This document shows positions 48,493-58,263 of a DNA stretch of 64,000 bases, piece by piece. The notes below the pieces were generated by a model. It made no database searches. It saw only the letters and a program-made list of their open reading frames with translations, and had not been told where the DNA came from. Both the position numbers and the translations under genes were made by a program. Numbering within the stretch: the stretch's first letter is position 1; each line of letters begins with the position of its first letter. The DNA is from a virus (taxonomy: Duplodnaviria > Caudoviricetes): positions 16,293 through 80,292 of IMG/VR virus record IMGVR_UViG_3300020473_000025; one strand, 5' to 3'.

Positions 48493-50499
48493 TTACCAAC
48501 TTAACGATGCAGTACCACTATCCTTGCTACTCGATGTTACGAGTGGGATGACCTCGCCCTCAGTTAACGATTCCATGTTAACTTCTAAAGTGTCACCCAT
48601 GAGACGGTCTACTTCCGCTTTTGACCATTTCATTATGTCAAGATTACGTGTACTTAAATTTTGCTTGTCACCCGTGTCTAAAAGAATATTGATAACGTAA
48701 GTTTGCGTGTCCTGTCCAAGGCGATCAACCCGACTCACTGCTTGATTTTTCTCATAATCCCTAAATGGATTGTTAAGAAACACCACCGTATTAGCGCTGA
48801 TGACTGGGATGGCTGTGGAGAGGGATTTAAGTGTAGCTACCAGGGGATTAACTTTAGGGTTATTGTCAAACCTTTCCATAATTTTAACAATGTTCTTGTT
48901 GGTATCACCGTATACGACAGCGGGTTTATAGGTCGGTTTTAAATGTTCAACAGCAATGTCTACGACTTCAACAAAGCTAGAAAAAATAAGTACTTTCTTC
49001 TTACTTGCTTTAATTATACCGTCATAGTCAACGACCTTGGCAATTTCTTTAAAGCACTCTATACGTCTTCTGCCTAAAACTCGACCTAATGCCTCTCCAC
49101 GAATTACCAACTCAACATATTTAACCACCCCTTTGACCCGTTTAAATTCTTTGCGATTTTCAGCAGATAATCTAGGGTATATGACGCTATCCTCGTAAGC
49201 ATTGACATCCCTTATCAATTCAGCTAAAGGACGATAGTCACTGGTGGATTTTAATATGTCTATCTTTTGAAGATAATTATTGAAGTCGGCACGCTCACCA
49301 TCCCAGAGTGTTTGTTCGAACACGGCTAAAATCTCATCAAAGACCTGAAGGTACGAGTTGTAATGTTCCTTGTAGAAAGCAAGTCGTTCGGTGATGAATT
49401 CTAACATTTCCTGTTTGACGTGCTCCAACGTAAAACGATCAGAATCCTTTACTTGAACTTTGATATCTTCTTCAATCGGTTCATCAGTTCTGACTACAGT
49501 TTTATCAACATTGAATACACTCTTACCTATTCTTCGGGCAAGTATGTCATTAGCTCTTGATGAACTTACACCAAAGATACCTTTGAATCGCTTCTCGACT
49601 TCTGGTGTAAACAAGGGATCACAGGCTCGTAAGAAACTAACCATCTCCGTCGCTAGTGCCTTAAATGGCGTGCCTGACGACCAGAGTATATGTTGACATG
49701 CAGTCTGCTTACATAACTCAATAAAAGACAACGTCCGCGCCGAAGTAACTTCATTGAAATGATGGCTCTCGTCAAGGTCAATGAATACGTCTTTTCGCTT
49801 GAAAATGTCGACATTATTTAACAGAACGGGCAAGGCCTCGTAGTGGCAGATATAGTAATCCATACCTTTGGGCGGTGGTGTCCCTGAATCGGACAACCAG
49901 CATTCCTTTTCACCCTTAACGTATTTTTCAATGTTATCTAACCATACCTCACGTATCGCGTTTTTAGGACAGACTATTATCATCGTGTCTAACTCCAACA
50001 ACCCATGGAGTAAAAGACCTGAGAATGTTTTACCCGATCCAGGTGGAGATGCCAAGTAGTAGCCGTTAAGACCCATCTTAACGGTATTGATGGCATAGCT
50101 CTCAATGAAGTTACTTTGATGGTCAAGTGGTTTAAGATTGAAGTTTCTAAGACGTCGATAATTAACAACATCACCCACCTCCACCTCTCTACCAAGCCAG
50201 GTGTTTTCTTTAAGTAATTCCATTATTTTTAGAATAACACCCCTTGACAGATAAGTTTTACTCTGCTCAAATAGTATATCAAGAGCATTGTAAAACTCAT
50301 AGGCAAAGAACGAATCTAGACTTACTTCCGCTGCGCTTTGACTAATAAAAAGATTATTAGGAATTCTAACACTATTCCACATATTTTTCATATCTGAGAC
50401 AACGGCTTTAGTTTTAATACCGGAGACCGTTATCACCCCATCCTTTTCTTCCACACTAATGTGGCCTATAAGTCTCTGTAAAATACTTATCATACCCAT
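48493..50499 (-). CDS. SNF2-like SF2 helicase
   Basis: SPPGSGKT, IIVCPK, DESHH, SGTP and QAVSRVDRLGQ motifs. Confidence 0.88.
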   Translation of the reverse strand: MGMISILQRLIGHISVEEKDGVITVSGIKTKAVVSDMKNMWNSVRIPNNLFISQSAAEVSLDSFFAYEFYNALDILFEQSKTYLSRGVILKIMELLKENTWLGREVEVGDVVNYRRLRNFNLKPLDHQSNFIESYAINTVKMGLNGYYLASPPGSGKTFSGLLLHGLLELDTMIIVCPKNAIREVWLDNIEKYVKGEKECWLSDSGTPPPKGMDYYICHYEALPVLLNNVDIFKRKDVFIDLDESHHFNEVTSARTLSFIELCKQTACQHILWSSGTPFKALATEMVSFLRACDPLFTPEVEKRFKGIFGVSSSRANDILARRIGKSVFNVDKTVVRTDEPIEEDIKVQVKDSDRFTLEHVKQEMLEFITERLAFYKEHYNSYLQVFDEILAVFEQTLWDGERADFNNYLQKIDILKSTSDYRPLAELIRDVNAYEDSVIYPRLSAENRKEFKRVKGVVKYVELVIRGEALGRVLGRRRIECFKEIAKVVDYDGIIKASKKKVLIFSSFVEVVDIAVEHLKPTYKPAVVYGDTNKNIVKIMERFDNNPKVNPLVATLKSLSTAIPVISANTVVFLNNPFRDYEKNQAVSRVDRLGQDTQTYVINILLDTGDKQNLSTRNLDIMKWSKAEVDRLMGDTLEVNMESLTEGEVIPLVTSSSKDSGTASLSW

Positions 50500-50504
50500 A
50501 TAAC

Positions 50505-51770
50505 CTATTGTATAAAATCTAAACCGATTAACTCCTCGGTCATTAAGTTAGAGGCGTGAAACTTACTCAAAAATAATGAAAGAAAGGCACTACCTGTAGC
50601 AGACGCAAGTAACGACAACGCTTTGTCATTGTCAGCAATAGCATCACCCATACACACTTTACAATAGTCGGTGAAAGGTACCTTACACGCCATAGGGCTT
50701 CTAAGTATAAGTGTTTTACCGATGCTTGCTTTTAATGCAGCTTCACTTAAAGGCTTATCAGGCGCAGACACCAGGCGTCGTCCTATAAATGATTTATAGT
50801 TCATATTGGTAATGGCCATCGGCATACCTACTTTATCTTTACAGTCGTCTTGAGAGATAAAGCTATTTTGGAATACACGAGTGATAGTTTTAACAGCCTC
50901 ACCACCTAGCGCCGTCTGTGTAGAACGCGCGTAAGAGCCGTCACGCAGCGAGTTGATTAATGCAGGTAGATCTTCAACGTTCCACCCATCTTGCAGCGAG
51001 CGAGGGATAACGTCGATCTTAGAGGGGTCTTCAAACGAGGACTCACCACCATGCATTATATACGCTTGCTTACGAGTAACGTTAAAGGCCTTAGCTGATT
51101 TATAGAAGCCTGACGATGGATCATCTTTGATATACTCGCGGTCCATGTCAATGAGTTCTTTCTCAATCTTAGCAATAACTGCGGGGTTATCTAACTCATC
51201 TTTGTGCTGCTTAAGCAATTCATCACGACGTTTAACAATTGCCGGGCTCGTGGTGATAGATTTCTCAGAAGCAGACGGGACCCACAGTGATGTTAACGAT
51301 GAAAGAAAGTACAGCTGTTTAAAATAGACGGAGACTTGTTCAGGTGTAATGATGTCATCTTTAAGCGCTACCGCTACCTGGTCTCCTACCTTGCCTGCTT
51401 TTACTTCCTCGTTGATATAAGGAATCACATCCCCAAAAGGATAGGACAATAGCATAGCGTTGGCTAGCAGTCGACCTACTGTTGTTTCTGTCTTACTCTT
51501 AATGTTTTTAAGGGTATCTTTTTCAACAGTTATTACATCGCTTGCTGTAAATAAAGGTTGATCTTCTTTATAGCCAACTACAGGTCCTGCAATATTACCT
51601 TGTTCATCGATGTAGTGTAAGTCGCCTTCCACATCTAATAACATACCAACGTATTGAGATTCACGTGGTTTAGGTGAGAAGATACCAAATACACTTAAAT
51701 GCCAGTGTTTTTGTATAAAGGCATTGTGTTTGATAGCAAACGCTAAATAGGTGTTTTTATCTATACTCAT
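50505..51770 (-). CDS. Virion RNA polymerase beta' C-terminal subunit (phiKZ gp80-like)
   Basis: TTVGRLLAN, RDGSYARSTQTALGG, DDC, LRSPMAC and CKVCMG motifs. Confidence 0.85.
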   Translation of the reverse strand: MSIDKNTYLAFAIKHNAFIQKHWHLSVFGIFSPKPRESQYVGMLLDVEGDLHYIDEQGNIAGPVVGYKEDQPLFTASDVITVEKDTLKNIKSKTETTVGRLLANAMLLSYPFGDVIPYINEEVKAGKVGDQVAVALKDDIITPEQVSVYFKQLYFLSSLTSLWVPSASEKSITTSPAIVKRRDELLKQHKDELDNPAVIAKIEKELIDMDREYIKDDPSSGFYKSAKAFNVTRKQAYIMHGGESSFEDPSKIDVIPRSLQDGWNVEDLPALINSLRDGSYARSTQTALGGEAVKTITRVFQNSFISQDDCKDKVGMPMAITNMNYKSFIGRRLVSAPDKPLSEAALKASIGKTLILRSPMACKVPFTDYCKVCMGDAIADNDKALSLLASATGSAFLSLFLSKFHASNLMTEELIGLDFIQ

Positions 51771-52624
51771 TGTATACGTCCCGGATAGATAGTTTGATTA
51801 AGTTCACGCATGATTGCCGCAGCTAACACCTCATCGCCAATCTCTGTATTGACAAGTAATTGTGTAGTCTCTTGAAGTAGATGATCTTCAACATCGCTAA
51901 TCAAGACGCAGCCATAGATAAGTGCGGCGAGGGGAACAATAGCTTTAGATTCTATTAACGTATCTACGGTGCTATCGGCATGTAGCCAGAGCGTGTCTAG
52001 AGGTAGACCGTAATCAATACCACGTTCTAGCATGCCACGTAGCGGGTTAGCTGGATAAGTAGCTACAGGGTGGATCTCGTAGCGCTGTTTAGCGCGTTCT
52101 TTAGTAGCAGTGGTATTTACGATCAAGTTATCAATCTTGCCATCAGCTATCTCTACCAAACGATCCATTAGCGCTTCATCAACATGCGTTACTGCTTGCG
52201 TTACCGTTGACCAGGTGACAACATCACCCTGAGTACTTACAGACTCTACCAACATGGCTAAGGCTTCTATGTTATCTTCACTTCCCGTCAATGTGTCGAT
52301 AATCATTTGCGCATCTTCAATTTGAGGAAGTAGCCACAACGTTTCCAAAATAGCAAGGTAAGTAAAAGAATCTGGCGATTGTTCATCATCCACCACCACA
52401 CCATGGCTGGCTAGTAGGTTGATCAGATACTCATTATACATCAACGTCACTTCATCGATGATATACGTATTCGTTTGTGTGTTGTTTGCCAGTACAAACG
52501 CATCGATAGTTTCAACAAACCCGACCACTTGCATGTCGAAGAATAACTGATTACATCCTATATAGAATGCCTGACGCGGTTCAGGTAGGGTGGATGTCAG
52601 GACATCGGCGTCGGTTATATACAT
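51767..52624 (-). CDS. Conserved hypothetical protein (phiKZ gp79-like by synteny)
   Basis: 285 aa, acidic, ATGA overlap with the vRNAP gene. Confidence 0.5.
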   Translation of the reverse strand: MYITDADVLTSTLPEPRQAFYIGCNQLFFDMQVVGFVETIDAFVLANNTQTNTYIIDEVTLMYNEYLINLLASHGVVVDDEQSPDSFTYLAILETLWLLPQIEDAQMIIDTLTGSEDNIEALAMLVESVSTQGDVVTWSTVTQAVTHVDEALMDRLVEIADGKIDNLIVNTTATKERAKQRYEIHPVATYPANPLRGMLERGIDYGLPLDTLWLHADSTVDTLIESKAIVPLAALIYGCVLISDVEDHLLQETTQLLVNTEIGDEVLAAAIMRELNQTIYPGRIQ

Positions 52625-52725
52625 GGTGTCTACCTTATGTAATGATTGCTACGTTAATTAATACAGCATCCTGTAATTATACAAGACGTGTTATTCATAT
52701 TTTATCAGACAGGAATATAAATAAA

Positions 52726-53292
52726 ATGGCCAAGTCCCCAAAGAAACAACGTAAAAATAAAGCACCAGCGAAGTCTACTGTAAAGAAAACGGACGCATGG
52801 GCTGAGTTAAGATCCTTAAATAGCGCAGCATCAACTATGCTGGCAGCGGCTACTCAGGTATCTCAATTATTTAAAAATCCAGATGCGCTACGTAAGGTAC
52901 AGGATAAGCAAAAGCTTAACGCACTAGGTCGCGTTCTGCTTAATGACCTTACTAACTTCAATACACGTCTTACTGCTATTCGCGATAGACATATTAGCCG
53001 CGAAGCTCCAAAAGATGAGATGGAGGCAAACTTCATTGCAATTGACATCGGTCAAGATTACCAGCAGTGGATGGAAGATTATAACGCCGTTGTACCTATT
53101 ACCACGGCACAGATCTTAGAACTCACCGAAGGGCGTTCGGTAGAGGAAGTCGAAGAAAACGCTAATCAGGCTCGTGCTGAGATTGAGAAGCAGCAAAAAC
53201 AACCAGCGGTCAAACAACGTCGCTTAGGTACTACAGCTACGCCTAAGAAAACGTTAGACCTGATGGCGATGGCTAAAGGAGGTAGAAAGTAA
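52726..53292 (+). CDS. Hypothetical alpha-helical protein
   Basis: Start moved to ATG 52726 (AGGA SD); basic N- and C-termini. Confidence 0.6.
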   Translation: MAKSPKKQRKNKAPAKSTVKKTDAWAELRSLNSAASTMLAAATQVSQLFKNPDALRKVQDKQKLNALGRVLLNDLTNFNTRLTAIRDRHISREAPKDEMEANFIAIDIGQDYQQWMEDYNAVVPITTAQILELTEGRSVEEVEENANQARAEIEKQQKQPAVKQRRLGTTATPKKTLDLMAMAKGGRK

Positions 53293-54848
53293 TGAGTCAA
53301 GATGAACAAGATCCTCGTGATGTGGATCACGGCGATCAGCCAAGAACACGAGTAAGTGATCACTACGATCAACATGAGTTAGGTCAAGCTGAAGAACCAG
53401 AAGAAACAATAAAGCCTACTTTTACACAAACAGGCGATTACAGTACACCGTTAGATGAATCTAAGAACACCGATGTCCCATTAGCGCTTCCTAGCGCCAA
53501 TATGTCTAACATGTTAGATGTTTTATCCGATATGGCAAAAGTGTCCTTGTCATCTGATTCGGCGCAACTATGGAGCGATACGTTAGAGCTTAGTTTAAGT
53601 GAAGACATCATGCCTTACTCTAAGATGTTCGCTAAACCTTTCTTTGAAGAGAGATTAGCGTCTGAGGGTAGTGACTTTAGACAATACGTTGATAGTGACT
53701 CTGGTCGTTTGTCTGCGGTTAAGCCTAAGATTGGTAAAACAAATCCAGGCGGCACTATCAGTGGTGAAGCGGCGTTATTGAAAGTTAACGCCATGTTGAC
53801 CATGGGTACTTCAGTTCAGATACCTTTATGGCACTCTGGTATGTGGGTGAGTATCAAAGCTCCCTCAGAAGGCGCTTTAATCGAGTTAGACGAACGTATT
53901 GCTCTTGAGAAAGGAAAGCTAGGTAGAAATACACGCGGCACCGCCTTTAGCCACTCAGGCGTTTATATACGCGGTCACCTATTTAACTTTATTATCGATC
54001 ACATTTACGATTGTAATGTTAAAGATTGGAATGAGCAGATGTTACGTGAGAATATCTTGGTAACAGATTACTCACTGCTAATCTGGGGGCTAAGTTGTGC
54101 GGTCTTCCCTAAAGGTTATCCGTTTACTCGTGCATGTATGTCGGATGTTAGCGAATGTCAACATGTTGTTAAAGAAACGCTAAATATCCCTAAGTTGCTG
54201 TGGACGGATAACAGTGTGCTTAGTGAGAAGCAACGTACTCATATGGCGCAACGTAGCAGTAAGGTAACGCTGGAACGTGTTAAGTGGTACCAGGAAGAGT
54301 TTATACATCCTAATGCAAAAGCACTCCGTGTGAATGCAGCGGTGGGTATGGATCTTCGTGTGCCTACTATGCTTGAGACTATCTCATCAGGGGTGCGTTG
54401 GGCGGAAGACATCGAACGTATGACTGAAGAAGGGTTGGGTAAAGACATCAAATATGAGAAACGCGCTCGCTATATGCAGGAACAAAGTAAGTTGATCATG
54501 CTACGTCGTTACTCGCACTGGGTAGGTCGTTTTGTGATAGGTGAGGGCGATGATGCTGCTGTTGTAGCGGGCAACGATCGTGAAACTATTGATAAGCTTT
54601 GTGAACAACTGTCTGCAGATACGGATACTATCAAGGCATTTAGAAACCACATGCAAACTTTCATTGACAACGCAGCATTTAGCATTGTAGGTATTCCTAC
54701 CTATACATGTCCATCGTGTGGCGGTGAGCAAAAAGATGCAATGGGTCGTTCACCTTATCTAATTCCACTTGAGATTGAACAGCTTTTTATTACCCTCGTA
54801 GCGTTCAAACGGAGCAAGAGGATAAACGAGCGCAGCGAGGTAGATTAA
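53292..54848 (+). CDS. Conserved core protein (phiKZ gp77-like); candidate tail/baseplate assembly chaperone
   Basis: IPLWHSGMW, FPKGYPF and CPSCG motifs; strong AAGGAGGT SD. Confidence 0.55.
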   Translation: MSQDEQDPRDVDHGDQPRTRVSDHYDQHELGQAEEPEETIKPTFTQTGDYSTPLDESKNTDVPLALPSANMSNMLDVLSDMAKVSLSSDSAQLWSDTLELSLSEDIMPYSKMFAKPFFEERLASEGSDFRQYVDSDSGRLSAVKPKIGKTNPGGTISGEAALLKVNAMLTMGTSVQIPLWHSGMWVSIKAPSEGALIELDERIALEKGKLGRNTRGTAFSHSGVYIRGHLFNFIIDHIYDCNVKDWNEQMLRENILVTDYSLLIWGLSCAVFPKGYPFTRACMSDVSECQHVVKETLNIPKLLWTDNSVLSEKQRTHMAQRSSKVTLERVKWYQEEFIHPNAKALRVNAAVGMDLRVPTMLETISSGVRWAEDIERMTEEGLGKDIKYEKRARYMQEQSKLIMLRRYSHWVGRFVIGEGDDAAVVAGNDRETIDKLCEQLSADTDTIKAFRNHMQTFIDNAAFSIVGIPTYTCPSCGGEQKDAMGRSPYLIPLEIEQLFITLVAFKRSKRINERSEVD

Positions 54849-54907
54849 TCTCTCCTCGTTTTGGGCTTGAGCGTGAACAAAACGCTAACTCACCGTTAAA
54901 CCAAGCA

Positions 54908-55324
54908 ATGATGACGTTACCTGCCTTAGATAGTATCGGGGCGCAGATAGCGTTAACAGAGGCTTACGACCACACCTACGGTATTTTCAACTATGATGGC
55001 ATCGATTATAATCCTTTAAGTATTGTAGCCATGCATCCGGTAGAGGATACCCTTAAAGTGGGGTTGAAACCTTTCATGATTAAACGTTTTAGGATGTATG
55101 ACATTCACAAACGTTATGGCTTGTCGTTAACGGAGCTTCTTGCCTTACCTCGTGATACGGTTACTGATATATTTGATGATGCTGCTAAAGCCATTGCTGA
55201 AGAAGAAGAGCAGATGCAGGAGATTCAAAATGAAATGCGTGAAGCTATTAACGAGCAGAAGGCAGCTAAGCGTAAAACCATGCGAGCTCAGAAACAAAAG
55301 AAAGTAAAGAAGGCTGGGAAGTAA
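54908..55324 (+). CDS. Conserved small ORF, possibly the -1 frameshift extension of the upstream gene
   Basis: No SD at ATG 54908; the frame is open from 54779; motif YGLSLTELLALP. Confidence 0.55.
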   Translation: MMTLPALDSIGAQIALTEAYDHTYGIFNYDGIDYNPLSIVAMHPVEDTLKVGLKPFMIKRFRMYDIHKRYGLSLTELLALPRDTVTDIFDDAAKAIAEEEEQMQEIQNEMREAINEQKAAKRKTMRAQKQKKVKKAGK

Positions 55325-55401
55325 TTCCTGGCCTTATGCCGTTTCGTCTATAATTACGCCGTAGTGTAACTATATAGAGGTAAAGGTGGGATAATAAAAC
55401 A

Positions 55402-55854
55402 ATGCTATTAGAATTTGTACATTCAGATTTATTTCAATTAGAAGCAGACACCATAGTCTGCCCTGTGAACTGTGACGGCATCATGGGGAATGGATTAGCG
55501 TTAGCGTTTAAATGCAAATACCCAGATGATCTGTTTAATCAATACCATTATTTGTGTGGAGAACGTAAACTTAACCCGGGACATAGTTGGCTTTATCGAC
55601 ATCCATATAAGAATGTATTATGTTTCGCAACAAAAGACAGATGGCGTAATGACTCTAAGCTAGAATGGATATCTAGAGGACTTTATGCCTGTTTGGATAA
55701 CCTCCCACGCTTAGGCGTTAAACACATTGGCTTTCCTCTATTAGGATGTGGTAAGGGTAATTTAAACAAACATGAAGTGATCGAGCTATTCAGAGAGGTC
55801 TTTGATCCGGATATAGCAGCAGGGTTCGATTTAAAAGTCACGGTATGTTTATGA
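55402..55854 (+). CDS. Macrodomain ADP-ribosyl hydrolase, DarG-like
   Basis: IVCPVNCDGIMGNGLALAFK, FATKDRWRNDSK and FPLLGCGKGNL motifs. Confidence 0.85.
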   Translation: MLLEFVHSDLFQLEADTIVCPVNCDGIMGNGLALAFKCKYPDDLFNQYHYLCGERKLNPGHSWLYRHPYKNVLCFATKDRWRNDSKLEWISRGLYACLDNLPRLGVKHIGFPLLGCGKGNLNKHEVIELFREVFDPDIAAGFDLKVTVCL

Positions 55855-55882
55855 TCAATTAACAGAATATGAGGAGTACGCT

Positions 55883-57181
55883 GTGTCTACTTTAAACCCA
55901 GCCGTAGCAGCAAGGATGGTAGAGATCGTCAAGTTAGATACTATTATGGTCTCTGTGGAGCGTCTAACGTTAGACGTTGAGGGTTTCTTTAAAACCATTA
56001 CCGATCACTTTGATCGACTTGTCCTATTAGATAGAACGGCTACTGCTTTAGAAGAAAACAATGAAACAACGGTATCGGCAGAACATGTAGAGTATTTTCG
56101 CTCACTAGGTATGGCTGAAGAGGTCGTGAGTGTTGAAAGCATACGTAGTCAGGTTAAGTCGATCTGGAAAAGTATTGTTAAATACATTGTAGAGGGGATG
56201 AAGAAAGTAAAGCTATGGGCTAAGAAAATAGCATTGGCTATACCTAACCTACGTAAGCTGATTGAAGCTGTCAGTAAATTAGACCGTGGTTACCATTACA
56301 ACGAAGTCGTATCTTTACGTGATGAATTAAACTATCTAGGTGGGGATATAATCACCCGTGATCGATTGTTAAAGGACTTCAACAACACCGTTGTTATTAT
56401 GCGTGATTGTTTTAAAGTGGACTTCCCATCTGTACTTAGTAGCGTTGAGAATACTTCTGATATCCTTAAGAACATTCCCATTGTTTTCAATAAAGGTATT
56501 GGCGAGTATGGTGACGCGCAGTATAGTGAATTAAAAGACATGATTAAATCGCTATGGACTACGTGCCATATCGCGCCTGATGTAGGTGAGTCTAACCCAC
56601 CTAATGGAATCTGGCATGAGTCGCTTAAAATACGTGGCATCACCAGCGATAGTCATTTAACTTTCTCACCTAGAACGGTACCCGTAGTAGGGGGACGTTA
56701 TCCTTTAATGCGTTATCCGCGATTTAATAAGGAACAAGCCCATTCTGTAATATTGAAAAACCACCCTACGGTGATCAGTTATTCACGCCTAGGCTCGGCA
56801 CACCTGTCTAACACACATGTAGATGTCTTTAGTAAAACAGCGAATACCTCGGGTGAGGCCGTAGAGATAGATGCGCTTACTGACGATCAAGTAACTGAGG
56901 TGTGTAGAAACTGCCTAGCGATACTGGATTCATTTGAAATCTACTACGAGCAGTTTGATGAGATTGAGAAATGTAAAGAAGATCTCATTAAAACAGGTAA
57001 TAAAGCGGTAGGTATCATTACTGATGAAGAAGATGAAACGCGTCAATCTGTTTCTGAGTTCATTAGGAACGTAGTGAGATTTCAGGCCGTGAGATTAGAC
57101 AAACCGTATGTATCACTTATAGGTCATGGTGTAAGATCCATGTATGCTCTAATGTCATACTGTCAAAAATCATTAGCCTAG
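55883..57181 (+). CDS. Internal head protein paralog
   Basis: 432 aa; VSVE/ALE/VSAE/VSVE sites, then the helix QVKSIWKSIVKYI. Confidence 0.65.
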   Translation: MSTLNPAVAARMVEIVKLDTIMVSVERLTLDVEGFFKTITDHFDRLVLLDRTATALEENNETTVSAEHVEYFRSLGMAEEVVSVESIRSQVKSIWKSIVKYIVEGMKKVKLWAKKIALAIPNLRKLIEAVSKLDRGYHYNEVVSLRDELNYLGGDIITRDRLLKDFNNTVVIMRDCFKVDFPSVLSSVENTSDILKNIPIVFNKGIGEYGDAQYSELKDMIKSLWTTCHIAPDVGESNPPNGIWHESLKIRGITSDSHLTFSPRTVPVVGGRYPLMRYPRFNKEQAHSVILKNHPTVISYSRLGSAHLSNTHVDVFSKTANTSGEAVEIDALTDDQVTEVCRNCLAILDSFEIYYEQFDEIEKCKEDLIKTGNKAVGIITDEEDETRQSVSEFIRNVVRFQAVRLDKPYVSLIGHGVRSMYALMSYCQKSLA

Positions 57182-57204
57182 TTTTAATCTACCGGAGTAC
57201 TATT

Positions 57205-57435
57205 ATGGAAGCGTTTCTATATCCTATTTTGTTTGCTATCAGTAAGAAACTTATAGCAGCGGCGTTGGTGTTGATTTTCTGGTTTACGTCTTTACGTATT
57301 GCAGATAAGTTATTGGACATCAGGTTCAAAGAAGAATGGGACATGATTAAAGATGATAAAGCAAAAGTGAGTTATTGGAATACGCGTATGATTGCGTTTG
57401 CTATTATGTTGCTGGGATGCTTTGCCCTAGTATAG
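57205..57435 (+). CDS. Putative holin / small membrane protein
   Basis: 76 aa with two hydrophobic segments; directly upstream of the lytic transglycosylase. Confidence 0.55.
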   Translation: MEAFLYPILFAISKKLIAAALVLIFWFTSLRIADKLLDIRFKEEWDMIKDDKAKVSYWNTRMIAFAIMLLGCFALV

Positions 57436-57444
57436 GAGGTCATC

Positions 57445-58176
57445 ATGCGTTATTTGACCATTATACTTGTTATCTTTCTGTGGGGATGTGGGGAATCTAT
57501 CCCACCCCCTGATACAGATAAGACCGAACCTTTACCTGTGGAGGTAGTTGAAGAGGTAGAGGTTGTTGAGGTTGAAGAGCCTGTTGAAGAGCTTGATCCT
57601 ATTGCAGAAGAAAAGGATGAAATTAAAGAGAACACGTACCAAGTAGTAGAAGCCAGTAAATTAAAAGGCTTGCAATCTATTAAGTACGATCTTTTCTTTA
57701 AATCAGCCATGAGTTGGTATATGCCTCAGATAGACTGGCGCTGGCTCAAAGCTCAGTGTTGGCAGGAAAGTCGTTTCAATCCTAAAGCGGTAAGTCCAGT
57801 TGGGGCTGGTGGCGTGTGTCAGTTTATGCCAGGGACGTTTGACGGGGTGCCTGAATCTGTTAAACAGGGTAGGGATGTGTGGGATGCGCGTACTAACATC
57901 GAAGCTGGTGCGTGGTATATGAATACTCGCTATAACTTCTGGACATCACCCCGCCCTCAGTTAGACAGGATATGGTTAGCCCAGGCATGTTATAATGCTG
58001 GTTGTGGTCATGTGCTTAATGCGCAAAAGGCGTGTGGTAACCCAAGTGGTTACAATGACATCATCAAATGCTTACCGCAGATAACCGGTCATCACTCTAA
58101 AGAGACTATTAGTTATGTAAAATTAATTGATGGCTTTAGAAAAGAATTAGGGGTAGCCGACCCTATCAGTTATTAG
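57445..58176 (+). CDS. Lytic transglycosylase (SLT family) with lipoprotein signal
   Basis: QESRFNPKAVSPVGAGGVCQFMP, YNAG and ETISYV motifs; N-terminal MRYLTIILVIFLWG-C. Confidence 0.88.
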   Translation: MRYLTIILVIFLWGCGESIPPPDTDKTEPLPVEVVEEVEVVEVEEPVEELDPIAEEKDEIKENTYQVVEASKLKGLQSIKYDLFFKSAMSWYMPQIDWRWLKAQCWQESRFNPKAVSPVGAGGVCQFMPGTFDGVPESVKQGRDVWDARTNIEAGAWYMNTRYNFWTSPRPQLDRIWLAQACYNAGCGHVLNAQKACGNPSGYNDIIKCLPQITGHHSKETISYVKLIDGFRKELGVADPISY

Positions 58177-58203
58177 GAGGCTTCGGCCTCCTTTTATGCC
58201 GTC
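58175..58203 (+). terminator. Intrinsic terminator
   Basis: AGGAGGC-ttcg-GCCTCCT followed by TTTATGCCG. Confidence 0.85.
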
Positions 58204-58263
58204 AGAGAAAACATTATCTCTTAATCACATAGACAATGATAAATAATTACAAAGTAGAATAAC

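Noticed and set aside
57535-57600. GAGGT/GTTGA-like repeats in the transglycosylase gene
   Set aside because: They simply encode an E/V-rich linker; not a DNA-level repeat element.
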